From: Octopus vulgaris
Lineage: Eukaryota
NCBI GenBank assembly: GCA_951406725.2
Contig: OX597822.1
Coordinates: forward strand, 117,056,001 to 117,120,000
Reading direction: 5' to 3'
DNA length: 64,000 nt
Position 1 is the stretch's first letter. Each line of letters starts with the position of its first letter. The position numbers were made by a program, and so were the translations under genes. Under the pieces are notes generated by a model. That model searched no databases and was not told where the DNA came from. It saw only the letters and a list, made by a program, of their open reading frames with translations. Below are positions 13,591-27,414 of the stretch, piece by piece.

Positions 13591-14049
13591 GTGATAACAG
13601 AGGGACAAAACGACACCGCGCAATGGGAGATGAGATTTTTAGGCGGCAGAAAGAAAGACAGGATTTGAGATGGAATGCTTTGCGATCGTGTGCATAAGTT
13701 TCTATGAGTGGAAGTTGGGAAAAGATGCGTTAGAGAATTAAGCGACAGAAAGAAAGACCAAATTTGAGACGAGATGTTTTTGCGAAGTTTTTGTGAATGA
13801 AAGTTTATATGCTTCAGCTAGCATTTGAGACGAAAGACAACGATAACGCCAATATATGGGGAAACAATAATAATAAGAAGGCTTGATGGTGATGATGATA
13901 CTTGCAAAAACAATGAAAAGAAGGAACAGGACTTAGCTGATATTTTTCATCCTGCGTATTGGCTAAGCCTGTGGAAGCGAGTGAAGGCGAGATATATATA
14001 CAGAGAGAGAGAGAGACAGTGATAACAGAGGGAGAAACCGACACCACAT

Positions 14050-14104
<55 letters not shown>

Positions 14105-14787
14105 GTGATAACAGAGGGACAAAACGACACCGCGCAATGGGAGAAGATGAGATTTTTAGGCGGCAGAAAGAAAGACAGGATTTGAGATGGAATGCTTTGC
14201 GATCGTGTGCATAAGTTTCTATGAGTGGAAGTTGGGAAAAGATGCGTTAGAGAATTAAGCGACAGAAAGAAAGACCAAATTTGAGACGAGATGTTTTTGC
14301 GAAGTTTTTGTGAATGAAAGTTTATATGCTTCAGCTAGCATTTGAGACGAAAGACAACGATAACGCCAATATATGGGGAAACAATAATAATAAGAAGGCT
14401 TGATGGTGATGATGATACTTGCAAAAACAATGAAAAGAAGGAACAGGACTTAGCTGATATTTTTCATCCTGCGTATTGGCTAAGCCTGTGGAAGCGAGTG
14501 AAGGCGAGATATATATACAGAGAGAGAGAGAGACAGTGATAACAGAGGGAGAAACCGACACCACATAGCGAGAGAGAGAGAGAGAGAGAGACATAGTGAT
14601 AACAGAGGGACAAAACGACACCGCGCAATGGGAGAAGATGAGATTTTTAGGCGGCAGAAAGAAAGACAGGATTTGAGATGGAATGCTTTGCGATCGTGTG
14701 CATAAGTTTCTATGAGTGGAAGTTGGGAAAAGATGGGTTAGAGAATTAAGCGACAGAAAGAAAGACCAAATTTGAGACGAGATGTTT
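13097..14787. repeat. Tandem array of ~514-bp units (3.3 copies) containing (GA)n tracts
   Basis: Unit starts caccgcgcaatggg at 13097, 13614, 14128 and 14619. Identical ORF translations repeat in the track. Confidence 0.95.
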
Positions 14788-14831
14788 ATGCATATATATT
14801 ATATATGTAGGTGTGTATACATACATATCGT

Positions 14832-15207
14832 GGCACTCCATCACTTACAACGATGAAGGTTCCAGTTGATCCGATCAACAGAATAGCCTGCTCATGAAAT
14901 TAACGTGCAAGTGGCTGAGCACTCCACAGACACATGAACCCTTAACGTAGTTCTCGGGGAGATTCAGCATGACACAGTGTGACAAGGCTGGCCCTATAAA
15001 ATACAGGTACAACAGAAAGAGGAAGAAAGAGTGAGAGAAAGTTGTGGTGGAAGAGTACAGCAGGGTTCGCCACCCGCCCCTGCTGGAGCCTCATGGAGCT
15101 TTCAATGTTTTCGCTCAATAAACACTCACAACACCTAGTCTGGGAATTGAAACCACGATCCTACGACCACGAGTATGCTGCCCTAACCACTGGGCCATTG
15201 CGCCTCC
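14832..15207 (-). mobile_element. SINE family C copy
   Basis: Colinear with 29320-29696 over its full length. Confidence 0.85.
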
Positions 15208-16158
15208 ACATACATACCTATAAATGTATGTATACACACATGTGTGTGTATATTTTTTTCTGGATTTGTGTAAATGTGTATAGAATAATATCAGCCGAAT
15301 AAAGTTACAGCATGGTCTGGTTTTCACGTTTTTTATTATTGTATTTAAAAAAAACATTTTTTTACAATATTCAAGTGTGTTAAACATTAAAAAAAATTTA
15401 CCAATGTTTATAAAGTTCAATTAGCGCTTTCATACATTCGTAGTAATCATTAAAATTCAACAGTTGAGTTGAGTTCTTGACAACTATAGTAAAACGACTG
15501 ACTTCTTCCTTTTAGAAGGCTCCGGACAATTGAGTGATTTTGTTGGCATTTTTCCTATCAATAAATCACATGCTTGCTTCATAACTTTAAAGCTGTGGGG
15601 AATAAGAGATCCCTTGCTTGGAAAATGGTATGGGTCAACATCAAAAAGAGCATTTGGCTGCAAAACATTACCTCAATAAAATATCTCTCTAACTCATGCT
15701 AGCATGGCAAAACATGGACATAAGAAAAATAATACTTGTCACACTTCCTGTTCTCCTGTCCTTACTAATCACCACACCTTGAGGGTCTACCCTAATACCT
15801 CATAATCACTATTTTCACCTTTCTCAGCTCCACCCCAGTCACTCCCACCATTTCTTCTATAATGTGAATAGCTGTGTCACTTCCCGAAGCAAAATAAAAC
15901 TTGTTCTGTTCTGGGCCCTTCTCTCTCACATCAATTCCTCACAGAATAAAGATGTCTCCCTCTATACTGTAGCCCTTCACAGCTGAAGGAGAGAGCCCAA
16001 AACCAAGTGGTTAAGAACATGCTATATCAAGTATTTAGGAAAAATGTGGTCAACATATCTTGTCTGTCTTTTCTTTTTGTTTTGATTTTATTTGTTTTGT
16101 TGTTGATAAGAAAAAAACTCCAGAAAATTTCAAAAATGAAGCAAGGTACAAGAAAATA

Positions 16159-17728
16159 TTAGGTCATCCCATAAATAATGCAGTTTTTTTCAATTGCATG
16201 AACTAAAAGTCGGAGGAGGATGGGATAAACTACTTGCATCAACTTGCTATAAAAGAGGGTAGTAATTTTACCTTGTACTTATTCTTAGTGCAAGTCTTGA
16301 AGAGTGTAGTTCGATTTTAACAGTTCTTTATGCAAAGTAATAATGGAAGTGGCAAAAGGAGCATACTCAGTATATTTTTGCTTTAAGAGTTCAATAAAGG
16401 CAACAACTCAACAGAAAGTGTAAGGAATATTAATGCAGTATAGGGGGCAAAATCAGAAGACACCTGTGCCGGTGACACGTAAAAGGCACCGTCCGAACAT
16501 GGCAGATGCCAGCGCCACATGACTGGAATCCGTGTTGGTGACACGTAAAAGCACCAACCGATCGTGGCCGTTTTCCAGCCCCCTCTGGCCCCTGTGCCGG
16601 TGGCACGTAAAAAACACCCACTACACTCACAGAGTGGTTGGCATTAGGAAGGGCATCCAGCTGTAGAAACACTGCCAGATCAGACTGGAGCCTGGTGCAG
16701 CCTCCTGGCTTCCCAGACCCTGGTCAAACAGTCCAACCCATGCTAGCATGGAAAAGGGACATTAAATGATGACGAGGGGGATCAGAAAATAAGCATAAGC
16801 CAGTGTCAACGGTGATTCCTGAAATTCCAAGTTGGAAACTACAGCCTAGAAGACTACCCTCATCCTGGAAGATCTGTAGAGCTCAACAAGGACATCCTGC
16901 AAACTCTAGTGGAACAAAATCCCATTGTAACTGTTGAGGAACTAGCAGAGAAGCTTGGATTTGGTCATTCGACCATGCATCAACACCTGCATGCCATCAG
17001 AAAAGTCAGCAAATTGTGACAATGGGTTCCTCACAAACAATCCGAATCTAATCGCACAGAGAGAATGAATATGTGCTCTGCTTTGCTGTCACATCTCATG
17101 AATGAACCTTTTTTGGACCGAATAGTGACTGGTGACAATAAATGATTCTTTATAAAGATGTCAAGCACCAAAGACAGTGGGTAGGGAAAGGAGAAACACT
17201 AGTATTCCAGGCTAAAGAAGGTCTTTACCCATGTAAGGTGTTGCTATCTTTTTGATGGGATATGAAAGGTTTAGTCCACTTTCAACTTTTAAATCCAAAC
17301 AAAATGATAACAAAGGAGATCTAATGTGAACAGCTTGAGTGGCTTAAGTCAGTGCTAGAAGAAAAACGACCATCTTTGGTTTCAAGGCAAAAGGTATTCT
17401 TCCATTGGGATAATGCTTGGCCACATACATTGAGGATGACATTCCAAAAGCTAGAGCAGTTTGAATGGGAGACAATGCCCCACCCACCATATTTTCTGGA
17501 CATTTATTCTGCAGTCTTTAAAATCATTTGGATAGAAAAAATAATGAAAAAATAATGAATTCTGTCATGGACAAGTAAATTTTGAAAGAGGGGCCTTGCA
17601 AGTTTGATGGAAGAGCATTGTAGAAAATGAAGGAGAGTGTATTTTAGATTAAAAAAGAACTGGTGTTTATCTTAATTTTGAAAAATAAAAGTATAAAAAA
17701 AAATGCATTATTTATGGAGATGACCCAA
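16159..17728 (+). mobile_element. Decayed mariner (DD34D-type) transposon, interrupted by an RTE insertion at ~16461-16772
   Basis: TIRs ttaggtcatcccataaataatgc / gcattatttatggagatgacccaa with TA on both sides. Transposase remnants WVPH, IVTGDNK, HWDNAWPHT and HPPYFLD. Confidence 0.9.
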
Positions 17729-17988
17729 TACATGGGAGAGAGAAGAATTAATGGAGATAGAATAAGGGGAAAGAGAAAGAAAGGGTTACAGAAGAAAATA
17801 GGGAAGAAGAAAAGGAAACAAGAGAGGTAGAAAGTGTGTACAGGAAATATGGGGGGAAAAAACAAGATTAAAGAAAGTGATAGAGTAAGGGAAAGGGAAA
17901 GAAGAGAAAAATGGTAAACACAAAAAACGAAAGAAACGAAGGAGCTGAAGATGAAAATGAAAGATAGAAATCAGAGGAAAGTATTTAC

Positions 17989-18090
17989 CTCTTCCTTTTT
18001 AGCAAGAATTTCTTTAGCCGAGTTCTTCTGTACCTTCATTTCATCATAATCTGCTTGGATTTGAGCAAGTTGGGTGGCTTGGAGGAAAAA
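17989..18090 (-). CDS. SMC6: SMC6 coding exon 6 (FFLQATQLAQIQADYDEMKVQKNSAKEILAKKEE)
   Basis: catcag acceptor, AG|gtaaat donor, 102 nt. FFxxATQL motif follows DKYR as in Smc6. Confidence 0.93.
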
Positions 18091-18164
18091 CTGATGAAAG
18101 AACAAATACATTTATCAATGGTTTCAAATTTTCACACATTTATTATTACATTTATTAATATTAA

Positions 18165-18495
18165 CAACAGGCTGGCAACGGCCACGATCGGATGGTGGCA
18201 CGTAAAAGCACCATCCAATCGTGGCCGTTGCCAGCCTCGCCTGGCCCCCATGCCGGTGGCACGTAAAAAGCACCATCCGTTCGTGGCCGTTTGCCAGCTC
18301 CGTCTGGTACCTGTGCGGGTGGCACGTAAAAAGCACCCACTACACTCTGGGAGTGGTTGGCGTTAGGAAGGGCATCCAGCCGTAGAAACACTGCCAGATC
18401 AGACTGGGCCTGATGCAGCCTTCTGGCTTCACAGACCCCAGTTAAACCGTCCAATCCATGCTAGCATGGAAAGCGAACGCTAAATGATGATGATG
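18165..18495 (+). mobile_element. RTE LINE 3'UTR copy (further copies at ~12165-12430, 16461-16772, 32400-32660, 42383-42688, 49972-50310)
   Basis: Shared 3' end and gtgccggtggcacgtaaaaagcacc repeat cores. Confidence 0.8.
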
Positions 18496-20366
18496 CTGCA
18501 TCAAATTCTTCTTCTTCTTATTATTATTATTATTATTAAGGTGGCGAGTTCATAAAATCATTAATGAATCAGACAAAATGCTTAGTGGCTTTTCTTCTGG
18601 GTCTTTATAGCCTGAGTTCAAATTCCAGCAGGACTGATTTGGCTGTTCATCCTTTTAGGATTTATAAAATAAAAAGTACCAGTTCAACACTGAGGTCAAT
18701 GTGATTGACTAGCCATCCCCCACTCTTGAACATTGGGGTCAAACACATCCAACTTAGCCCCTCCCAAAGGAATAACTGGCCTTGTGCCAAAATTTAAAAT
18801 CATTATTATTAAGGTGGAAAGCTGCTAGAATCAATACGGCGCTGGACAAAATGCTGTAAAGCATTTTTCCCAACTTTACACTCCAAGTTCAAATGAACCC
18901 AGGGTTGACTTTGCCTTTCATCCTTTTGGCGGGGTCGATAAAATAAGTACCAGTTGAGCACTGAGGTTGATGTAATTGACTTATTCCCCTCCTCTGAAAT
19001 TGCTGGTCTTGTGCCAAAATTTAAAACTGCTGCTACTACTGTTGTTGTTGTTATTGTTGTTGTTGTTGTTGCTGCCGCCACCGCTGCTGTTGTTGTTGTT
19101 ATTGTTATTGCTATTATTATTATTATTACTATTATTATTATTATTAAGGCAGTGAGTTGGCAGACTTATTAGCAGGCTAGCTAAATGCATAGTGGCATTT
19201 CACCCGTTGCTACATTCCACCAAGGTTAGCTTTGCCTTTCATCCTTTCGGGGTCGATAAAATAAGTACCAGTTGAACACTGGGGTCTATGTAACCAACAC
19301 ATCCCCTCCCCAACAATGGCTGCCCTTGGGGGCAGAATCATTAGATTGCTGGGCAAAATGCTTAGAGGCATTTCATCTGTCTTTATGTTCTTAGTTCGAA
19401 TTCTGCTGAGGTCAGATTTGCCTTTCATTCTCTCGGGGTTGATAAATTACGTACCAGTGAAACACTGGGGTTAATGTAATCAACACATCCCCTCCATCAA
19501 AATGGTTGCCCTTGTGACAAAATTTGAAACCATTATTATTATTATCATTATTAAGATGGTGAATCATCATTTATTTAACGTCCGCTTTCCATGCTATCAT
19601 GGGTTGGACGAATGACTGAGGGCTGGCGAACCAGATGGCTGCACCAGGCTCCAATCTTGATCTGGCAGAGTTTCTACAGCTGGATATCCTTCCTAATGCC
19701 ATCCACTCCGAGAGTGTAGTGGGTGCTTTTTACATGCCACCGGCACGGGGGCCAGTCAGGCGGTACTGGCAATGACCTCGCTTGAATCTTTTTACACATG
19801 CCACCAGCACAGGTGCCAGAAATGTTAAAAGAGATGAAGATGTATAGAAGAGATAGATAAAAGGCTGATGCTTGATAAAACCATGTACAATGTCATCCAG
19901 TGGGAAGCTTGAAGAATTTTAAAACTACTTTCCTTTATAGGGACACGAAGAAATAGATTCCAATGTTAAAATTAGCAAGTTGAGCAATTGTGTAATACAG
20001 AATTTTTCTGATGAACAGAAAGGGCACTTTTGGCTGTAGGAGTGGATTCAATAACAGACCATTTAATCTTGTAAGTTGAATATGTTATTGTCTTTCAAAG
20101 CCCAGGTGACGTTGTTCTTTTATCTTCATGTCTAAATGTGTATGAGTGTTGAGTGTAGCTGGATTTGAATGAGCTCTCAATAAAACCTATACAGCACATG
20201 GTCATTGTTGCTATCATGGGTGGAAACTTTGGTACAATAAACAGCACGGTGCCTTTTCGAAAGCATTTACTGAATAGAGGATATGTACACCTGATAAGAC
20301 AGTTACCCCACGGTGAAAAATCATGTGTGGGAATGAAAACTAATTTCTTCTTATTAATTCTAGTTA

Positions 20367-20586
20367 TTGTTTGTTCCTCCTCAAGCCATGCCTGGCTCAT
20401 AAGGGCCGGTCTCCCGGTTTCCTTGGCGTATAGGTTCCCCACCTGGATTTGCCATAACCTTCTGCCGAAGCCACGTAGAGTTTAGGTGTTTCACTCATAA
20501 ACACACACATCGCCCAGGTCTGAGATTCGAACCTGCGATCCCTCGACCGCGAGTCCGCTGCTGTAACCACTAGGCCATGTGCCTCC
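20367..20586 (-). mobile_element. tRNA-derived SINE (head 1 + tail Y) with 11-bp target-site duplication
   Basis: Head matches family C, with a different tail. aattctagtta is repeated at 20356-20366 and 20587-20597. Confidence 0.82.
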
Positions 20587-21095
20587 AATTCTAGTTAAGG
20601 AAGAAAGAAGAATTATCCTCTCCCTGTGGAACTTGTGTCTTTATTGATTAAACTTGAGAAAGCTCTGGCAACAGGTATAGCTACAGGTGTACAAATATAT
20701 ATATATATCTTTTACTTTTTTATTCAGTCATTGGACTGAGGCCATGCTGGAGTATTGCCTTGAAAACTTTTGTTGAACCGATTGACCCCAGTACATATTT
20801 TTTCAAGCCTGGTACTTATTCTACAGGTCTCTTTTGATGAACTGCCAAGTCAATGCTAGCTGTCAAGTGGTAGTGGGGACAGACATAGTATAAGAAACAC
20901 ACATAAATATGACAAGCTTCTTTCAGTTTCTGACTACTATATCTATTAACAAGGCTTTGGTTGGCCCAGGGCTATAATAGAAAACACAGCAGGACTGAAC
21001 CCAGAACCATGTGGTTGGAAACCAAACTTCTTACCCCAAACCCACACCTTGCACATCTTACACGTTTCATTAAGTAACAAACCCAAGTCGCTTAC

Positions 21096-21238
21096 CCGGT
21101 ACTTGTCACTTGCGTTCTTTGATTGTAAGAAGCTGCGGCTGATTTCTTGATTTAAGATGACCACAGGGTTATCAACGAGGATGTTGAAACTGTCCAAGAC
21201 ATTGCGTAGGTCTTCTCGTTTGGTTGAAATTATTTGAC
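21096..21238 (-). CDS. SMC6: SMC6 coding exon 5 ([48 protein letters not shown])
   Basis: aacag acceptor, gtaagc donor, 143 nt. FNIxVDNPVxILxQE is the Smc6 Q-loop region. Confidence 0.96.
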
Positions 21239-21489
21239 CTGTTCATAGAAAGAGGGGATGAAAATAAATGAGTAAACAAAAATACAATCAAATAATCAAT
21301 TTGTTGGAAGCTTTTTGTTTTCATATTATATTAGTTAGAAAGAAGCTGCTGGCAGATGTCTTCTCTACCGCCTGCATTTTTTTTTACCATTTCTACAGTG
21401 GCCTTGGATCTGGCTGGTCTTGGTGCCACACTTATACTTTGTACATCCCACTGCTTCTCTTAAGATCTACCCACATACCACTAAATATT

Positions 21490-21700
21490 AATAATAATAA
21501 TAAACATTATGTACAGTGCTCAGGTGCACTACAACTCATCTAAAGTGCATATATAATCAGGTGTAGTTTCAACGGATTTCGGAAAGCATGAGGGCCTTAA
21601 AGGATGCAGTGTCATGGCAGTCAACAACTGACGCAGGCAGTTTATTCCATGCTTCAGCAACTCTGAGCGTTAAGAAATGTTTCCGAAAGTCATATTGTCC
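21490..21700 (-). mobile_element. CR1/L2-like LINE 3' end (related copy at ~23680-23970)
   Basis: Minus strand encodes WNKLPASVV. Shared tail gtgcacctgagcactgta...(TTA)n. Confidence 0.65.
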
Positions 21701-21986
21701 TTCGTTCCCAGAACATCACCCTTCTGTAATTCTATTCTTGCTATTATACTTCTGCCGCCATTAACTAGCTGTTATTCAAGTGGAATATTAATTGTCAGAA
21801 GCTTCCTTTGCAATCATGTGGTTTTGGGCACAGTGCCATGGCAAGGAACCTTGGGCAAGAGTCTTCTACTAGCCTCAGGCTGATCAATGGGTTGTGAGTA
21901 AATGTGGTGGATAAATACTGTCTGGAAGCTCATCACACACACACACATATCATCATCAACCGCTAGCACGGGTTGGACGGTTCAAA

Positions 21987-22021
<35 letters not shown>

Positions 22022-22420
22022 GACACAGGACTTGATTTAAGGACTGTGCTACACAGGCTGTGATTTAAGGACTGTGTCAAGTCCTCATTAAAGGTCTGTG
22101 ATATGCAGGACACTGACTGGGAGAACAATGCCTGTCATCGCCACAGATGGAGGAAGCAGGTTAAGGAGGGGATCGACACTTTTGAGAGAGCACATATCCA
22201 GCATGAAGAACTTAAGCGAGCTGCACGAAAGCGCACGGCTCGTATAGTGAATGGGGAAAGCTTGGTCTGCAATGTTTGCAGTCGTGTATGCTTGTCAAGA
22301 GCAGGGCTCATTAGCCACCAACGGAGCCGCAAATGCAAAATATAAGTTAGTCCTAGAGCACACAATGTTCCTGAAGGTCAGCAATGGTCTTCCTCGGTCA
22401 CGAGTGGACAGCCATCATCA
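22022..22420 (+). mobile_element. RTE (BovB-like) LINE 3' fragment with C-terminal zinc knuckle
   Basis: FKDCVKSSLK...WENNACHRHRWRKQVKEG...CNVCSRVCLSRAGLISHQR. (CAT)n tail. Confidence 0.78.
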
Positions 22421-25400
22421 TATATATATCATCATCATCGTCATCATTTAATGTCTGCCTTCCATGGGCTGGATGGTTTAACAGGAGCCGGACAGGCAGA
22501 AGACTACACCAGGCTTCTGTGTCTGTTATGGTTTTCACAGCGGGATGCCCTTCCAAATACCAACCACTTCACAGTGTGGACTGGATGCTTTTTAAACATG
22601 TGTGTGTGTGTGCGTGTATGTTGGTGTGTGTGTTAGTGCTTATCCTCCACCCACCACATGACAACCAGTGTTTAGTGTTTACATCCCTGTTAACTTAGCA
22701 GTTCAGTAAAATAGACTGATAGAATAAGTACCAGACTTTAAAAACAAGTGCTGGGATTGATGGTAGTAACCCAGCATATCTCCAGTCAAATGACTGGAAC
22801 AAATCAAATGTAAAAGATAAAAGCTTTACTAAAATTATAGTATCAGGAAGTGTTTATATATTAGCATCATCATCGTTTAACATCCGCTTTCCATGCTAGC
22901 ATGGGTTGGACAATTTTGACTGAGGGCTGGTGAACCAGATGACTGCACCATCTGCACCATTGTCCAATCTTGATCTGGCAGAGCTTTTACAGCTGGATGC
23001 CCTTCCTAACACCAACCACTCCGAGAGTGTAGTGGTGCTTTTTACGTGCCACCGGCATGGGGGCCAGTCAGGCGGTATTGGCAATGGCCACGCTCAAATG
23101 GTGCTTTTTATGTGCCACCTGCACAGGAGCCGCATATGATTACAAAATCTCCATTGATGCACAATGATGTGGACAGCTTGTTCAACCATTCAGACTTAAG
23201 GGTTGGAAGGCTAAAGTCACACCCAGGTGTTTCTTTTCAAGACAAGAGGGAGGCTTGACTGCTATCTTTAGCAGGTCAAGCAACTATGTAGAGGCTCCAT
23301 CATTGGCATCTTTGTTGTTGTTCTGTTCCAGAACTATGTTCAAAGTCATTCCAATTATGGCCACCTCTCTCATTTTTTTTTAACATACATAATAACTCAG
23401 ACTACATCACTATCATATGTGTCCTTTCTTTATTTTTAAAAATGAAAATGAAATGTAGGAGCTGAGGGATATTTGTCTGCTATTTCCAGCAAGCATCTTT
23501 TCAATTCCAACAGACTTACAAGCAAACGGCTAGTCATCAGGTGTAAATTAAAAAAAAGGTAACATAAATGTCACTAAGTACCAATGGGCTTTTATGATCT
23601 TATACTTAGCCCTGATCTCAAGGTGTTAACCAGATGCGAGCTACATCTTCCAGGTGATAAGATGCATACCTATCTCAGGTAATAATAATAATGAAATTAT
23701 TGTATACAGTGCTCAGGTGCACCACAACTTGTCAGAAAGTGCACATAAAGTACATGCAGTAATGTAAAAATGTCTGGAAAGTGAACAGTGTATGAGTCAG
23801 ATACATGCTTGTGTGTGTGTATGGAGGGGAGAAAATCAAGTGTAGTGTTGGCGAATCTCAGGAAGCATGGAAGTTTTGAAGGATGCAGTGCTCCAACAAC
23901 TAACAACTGATGCCGGCAGTTTGTTCCATGCTTCAGAAACTCTTAGCGTGAAAAAATGTTTCCTGAAGTCATAATGTTCTCAGATGATCTGGTATCAATA
24001 ACTACAAACTAAGTGAACCGAGATGTGTAAAACGATGTATATAACCAGGCATTGGAGTGGAGGTGGCACGACCATTCGAATGCCTGCAGCAGCCGATACT
24101 GTGAAAGAAGGACAACTAATGATGTTGACGAGGGTGATGATATTGAACATCATATCCTCGTCATTCTTATGGGCCACTTGCTCCATGCTGGAATGGTTTG
24201 AACAAGAACAGGCACAGGCAGGGCTGTGTGGTAAGAAGCTTGTTTCCCAACTACATGGTTCCGGGTTCAGTTCCACTGCGTGGTACCTTTGCTAAATATC
24301 TTCTACTATAGCCCTGGGCTGACCAAAGCCTTCTGAGTGGATTTGGTAGACAGAAACTAAAAGAAGCCTATCATATGTGTGTATGTGTGTGTGTACACAT
24401 GCGTGTGTGTTTTTGTCTCCCAATCCCTGCTTGATAACCGGTGTTGGTGTATTTTTGTCCTCGGTAACTTAGTGGTTTGACAAAAGAGACCGATAGACTA
24501 AATATTAGGCTTAAAAAATAAGTCCTGGGATTGATTTTGTTTGACTAAAGTCCTTCAAGGCAGTGCTCCAGCATGGTCGCAGTCAAATGACTGAAACAAG
24601 TAAGAGAAAAGAATAAAGAGTAATTGAGGCAGTATTCTAGATGGATGCCGTACCCGTTGCCAATCCTTATTTTTCAAATAAACTATGTTGTATTCCATTC
24701 ATCGAGCGTGATTGTTGCCAGAGCGGCTTTCTGGCCTCCATACCGGTGGCACGTAAAAGACACCATTTGAGCGTGATCGTTACCAGCATCGCCTTACTGG
24801 CACCTGTGCCAGTGGGGTGTGTAAAAGATTCGAGCGAGGTCGTTGCCAGTACCGCCTGACTGACCCCGTGCCGCTGGCACATAAAAGCACCCACTAAACT
24901 CTCGGAGTGGTTGGCATTAGGAAAGGCATCCAGCTGTAGAAACTCTGCCAGATCAAGATTGGAGCCTGGTGCGGCCATCTGGTTCTCCAGCCCTCAGTCA
25001 TTCGCCCAACCCATGCTAGCATGGAAAGCGGACATTAAACGATGATGATGATGATCTTCACAGCAACAAAACCACCAAGCAATAGAATATACTGTTTATG
25101 CGATGTAAACATGTTACTGTTATCACTCACAACTTGACAAGATGATGCGTGGAAATACACACACCTACCAAATTTTAAAATTCACATGATTATAATAAAA
25201 AAAAAACCACTTGTCCAAGGTAGTGTGCATTGGGACTGAACCTGAAACCAAGTAGTTTGGAAGCAAATCTCTTAACTACACATCATGTCTGGACCTATGA
25301 TTAAGACAATAATAATAATACAGGTTTCAAATTTTGGCACAAGGCCAGCAAGTTCAAAGAAGGTGAGTAGCTCAATTATATCGGCCCCAGTCATCAATTG

Positions 25401-26576
25401 ATATTTAAGTTATTGACCCCGGAAAAAATGAAAGGCAAAGTTGACCTCAAATTTGAACTCAGAACGTAAAGACAAATGAAATGCCTTTAAGCATTTTGCC
25501 CAGTGTGCTAATGATTCTGCCAGCTTGTCGTCCTTAAGACAATAATAACATTGAATATTTTGAATGATTTTTTTTCTAATACAAGCATATGGCCTGAACT
25601 TTGGGCAAGTTGATTACATCAACCCCAGTGTGTAACTGGTACTTATTTTATCAACCCCAAAAGGATGAAAGGCAAAGGTCGACCTCAGTGGAATTAGAAC
25701 TTAGGACATAAAGAGCTAGGAGAAATGCTGCCAACCATTACTGTCTGATGAGCTCATGATTCTGTCATCTCACTGCCTGAAGATGTTGATGATGATGATG
25801 ATAAATATTCTGCTCAATACCACAGATTTGCATGTCAGCTGTTTGACCGTAACCAGTTGAGCATGTCCCTTAGTGGCTGAGGATACATGCATCTCTGATC
25901 ACGAGCAGAAGTAGTGGGGGAGCATCAAAGACCATGTGTAGAGAGGAATTCTCTGGGACTTGGATAATTCACCTCTGGAAACATGGGTGTGTCTTTCAAC
26001 ATCCTTAAACAACCCTTATTCAGGGACCTTGAAGAAAATTCTATCTAGGCCCCACCTGTAAGGTCATGCGCTGTTTATCTTGATATGAAATCACCATGTC
26101 GCGTACATATGGTTGTGATGCATTTGCCTGGTGTACCTTTATCAGACGGGTGGTCATGCTGGGTATACTGGGCTCCGTATAGTCTACCCCAGTGTCACTT
26201 TGATGGCATGCACTGCTCTCTCAATAATAATAATAATAATCTTTTCTACTATAGGCCTGGAATTTGTGGGGAGGGGACTAGTTGATTACAACGGCCTCAG
26301 TGTTTCACTGGTACTTAATTTATCGACTCCAAAAGGACGAAAGGCAACGTCAACCTCAGTGGAATTTGAAGTCAGAACATGAAGATGGGCAAAATACCGC
26401 CAAGCATTTTGCTCGGTGTGCTTACGATTCTGCCAGCTCAACACCTTAATAATAATAATAATTTTTTCTATTACAGGCACAAGGCCTGAAATTTTGGTGG
26501 GCAGGTGCTAGTCAACTACATTGACTCCAATGCTTGACTGGTATTTATTTTAGTGACCCCGAAAAGATGAAAGGCA

Positions 26577-26611
<35 letters not shown>

Positions 26612-26651
26612 TGATGATAATAATAATAATGATGATGATGATGATGCTTAC

Positions 26652-26788
26652 CAGTGCTTGATTTAATACGGTAACCATTTACTCCGTCACGACATAATTT
26701 ACGCTCAATCACAATTTGATTCCCAAAGAGATCCGGTTTGAAGGCATCAGCACCTTCGTTACTCAGGTGGATTATTATTTCAGCTGAC
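26652..26788 (-). CDS. SMC6: SMC6 coding exon 4 (SAEIIIHLSNEGADAFKPDLFGNQIVIERKLCRDGVNGYRIKSST)
   Basis: ttgcag acceptor, gtaagc donor, 137 nt. Phases are compatible with both neighbours and the peptide matches the Smc6 head segment. Confidence 0.95.
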
Positions 26789-27308
26789 CTGCAAGGAACA
26801 TAATAATGTTAATTACACAGAGTCTCATTGAGTAACATCATCATAACCTATCATTCGTCTTCCAGTCTGTCTTGGATTGAATGGTTTGAGATCTCAAAAG
26901 TTAGAGGACTGTGTTGGGCTTTTGACGCTTTGGCATGGTTTCCACAGCTGAATGCCATTCCTTATGCCAATCACTTTATGGAGCTGGAATTGTGGACTGG
27001 GCAAAAGGTGAAAAGCAGAAACTTGAACAAAAATAGAAAAGTTGTTGACCAGGTATGGAGCCCATCACCCAAAAGCTGATATTAACTGGTTGTACTTGAA
27101 GAGGAAATATCACTGGAAGGGTTTTGAGCACTTGGTGGTTTATTGAAATCATGTGGATGTCTAAGGTTACAGGAAATAACCTGTTACCCACAATAATTCT
27201 ACCACGAATAAGACCAGTTCTGAATAAAGACGATGATAATAATAAATAGGGTTTGGGAGAAAAACAAATCAACAAAGCAGAAAATGAAATAGAAAATGAG
27301 ACACTAAC

Positions 27309-27414
27309 TGTTTGCCATTTTTGATAAAACTTTTTACAGAATTACTTCTACTTGTTGCTGAAGCTTTGCCGCCAAGACCAACAATAATGGCACTGACCAC
27401 AGCACTTTTCCCAC
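27309..27414 (-). CDS. SMC6: SMC6 coding exon 3 (SGKSAVVSAIIVGLGGKASATSRSNSVKSFIKNGK)
   Basis: ttctag acceptor, CA|gttagt donor, 106 nt. Completes Walker A (A|GT = Ser). GLGGKASATxR is characteristic of Smc6. Confidence 0.96.

Noticed and set aside
13300-14621. Three repeated 65-107 aa ORFs resembling a small gene cluster
   Set aside because: They are translations of the 514-bp tandem unit and its (GA)n tracts, with non-ATG starts and no recognisable domain.
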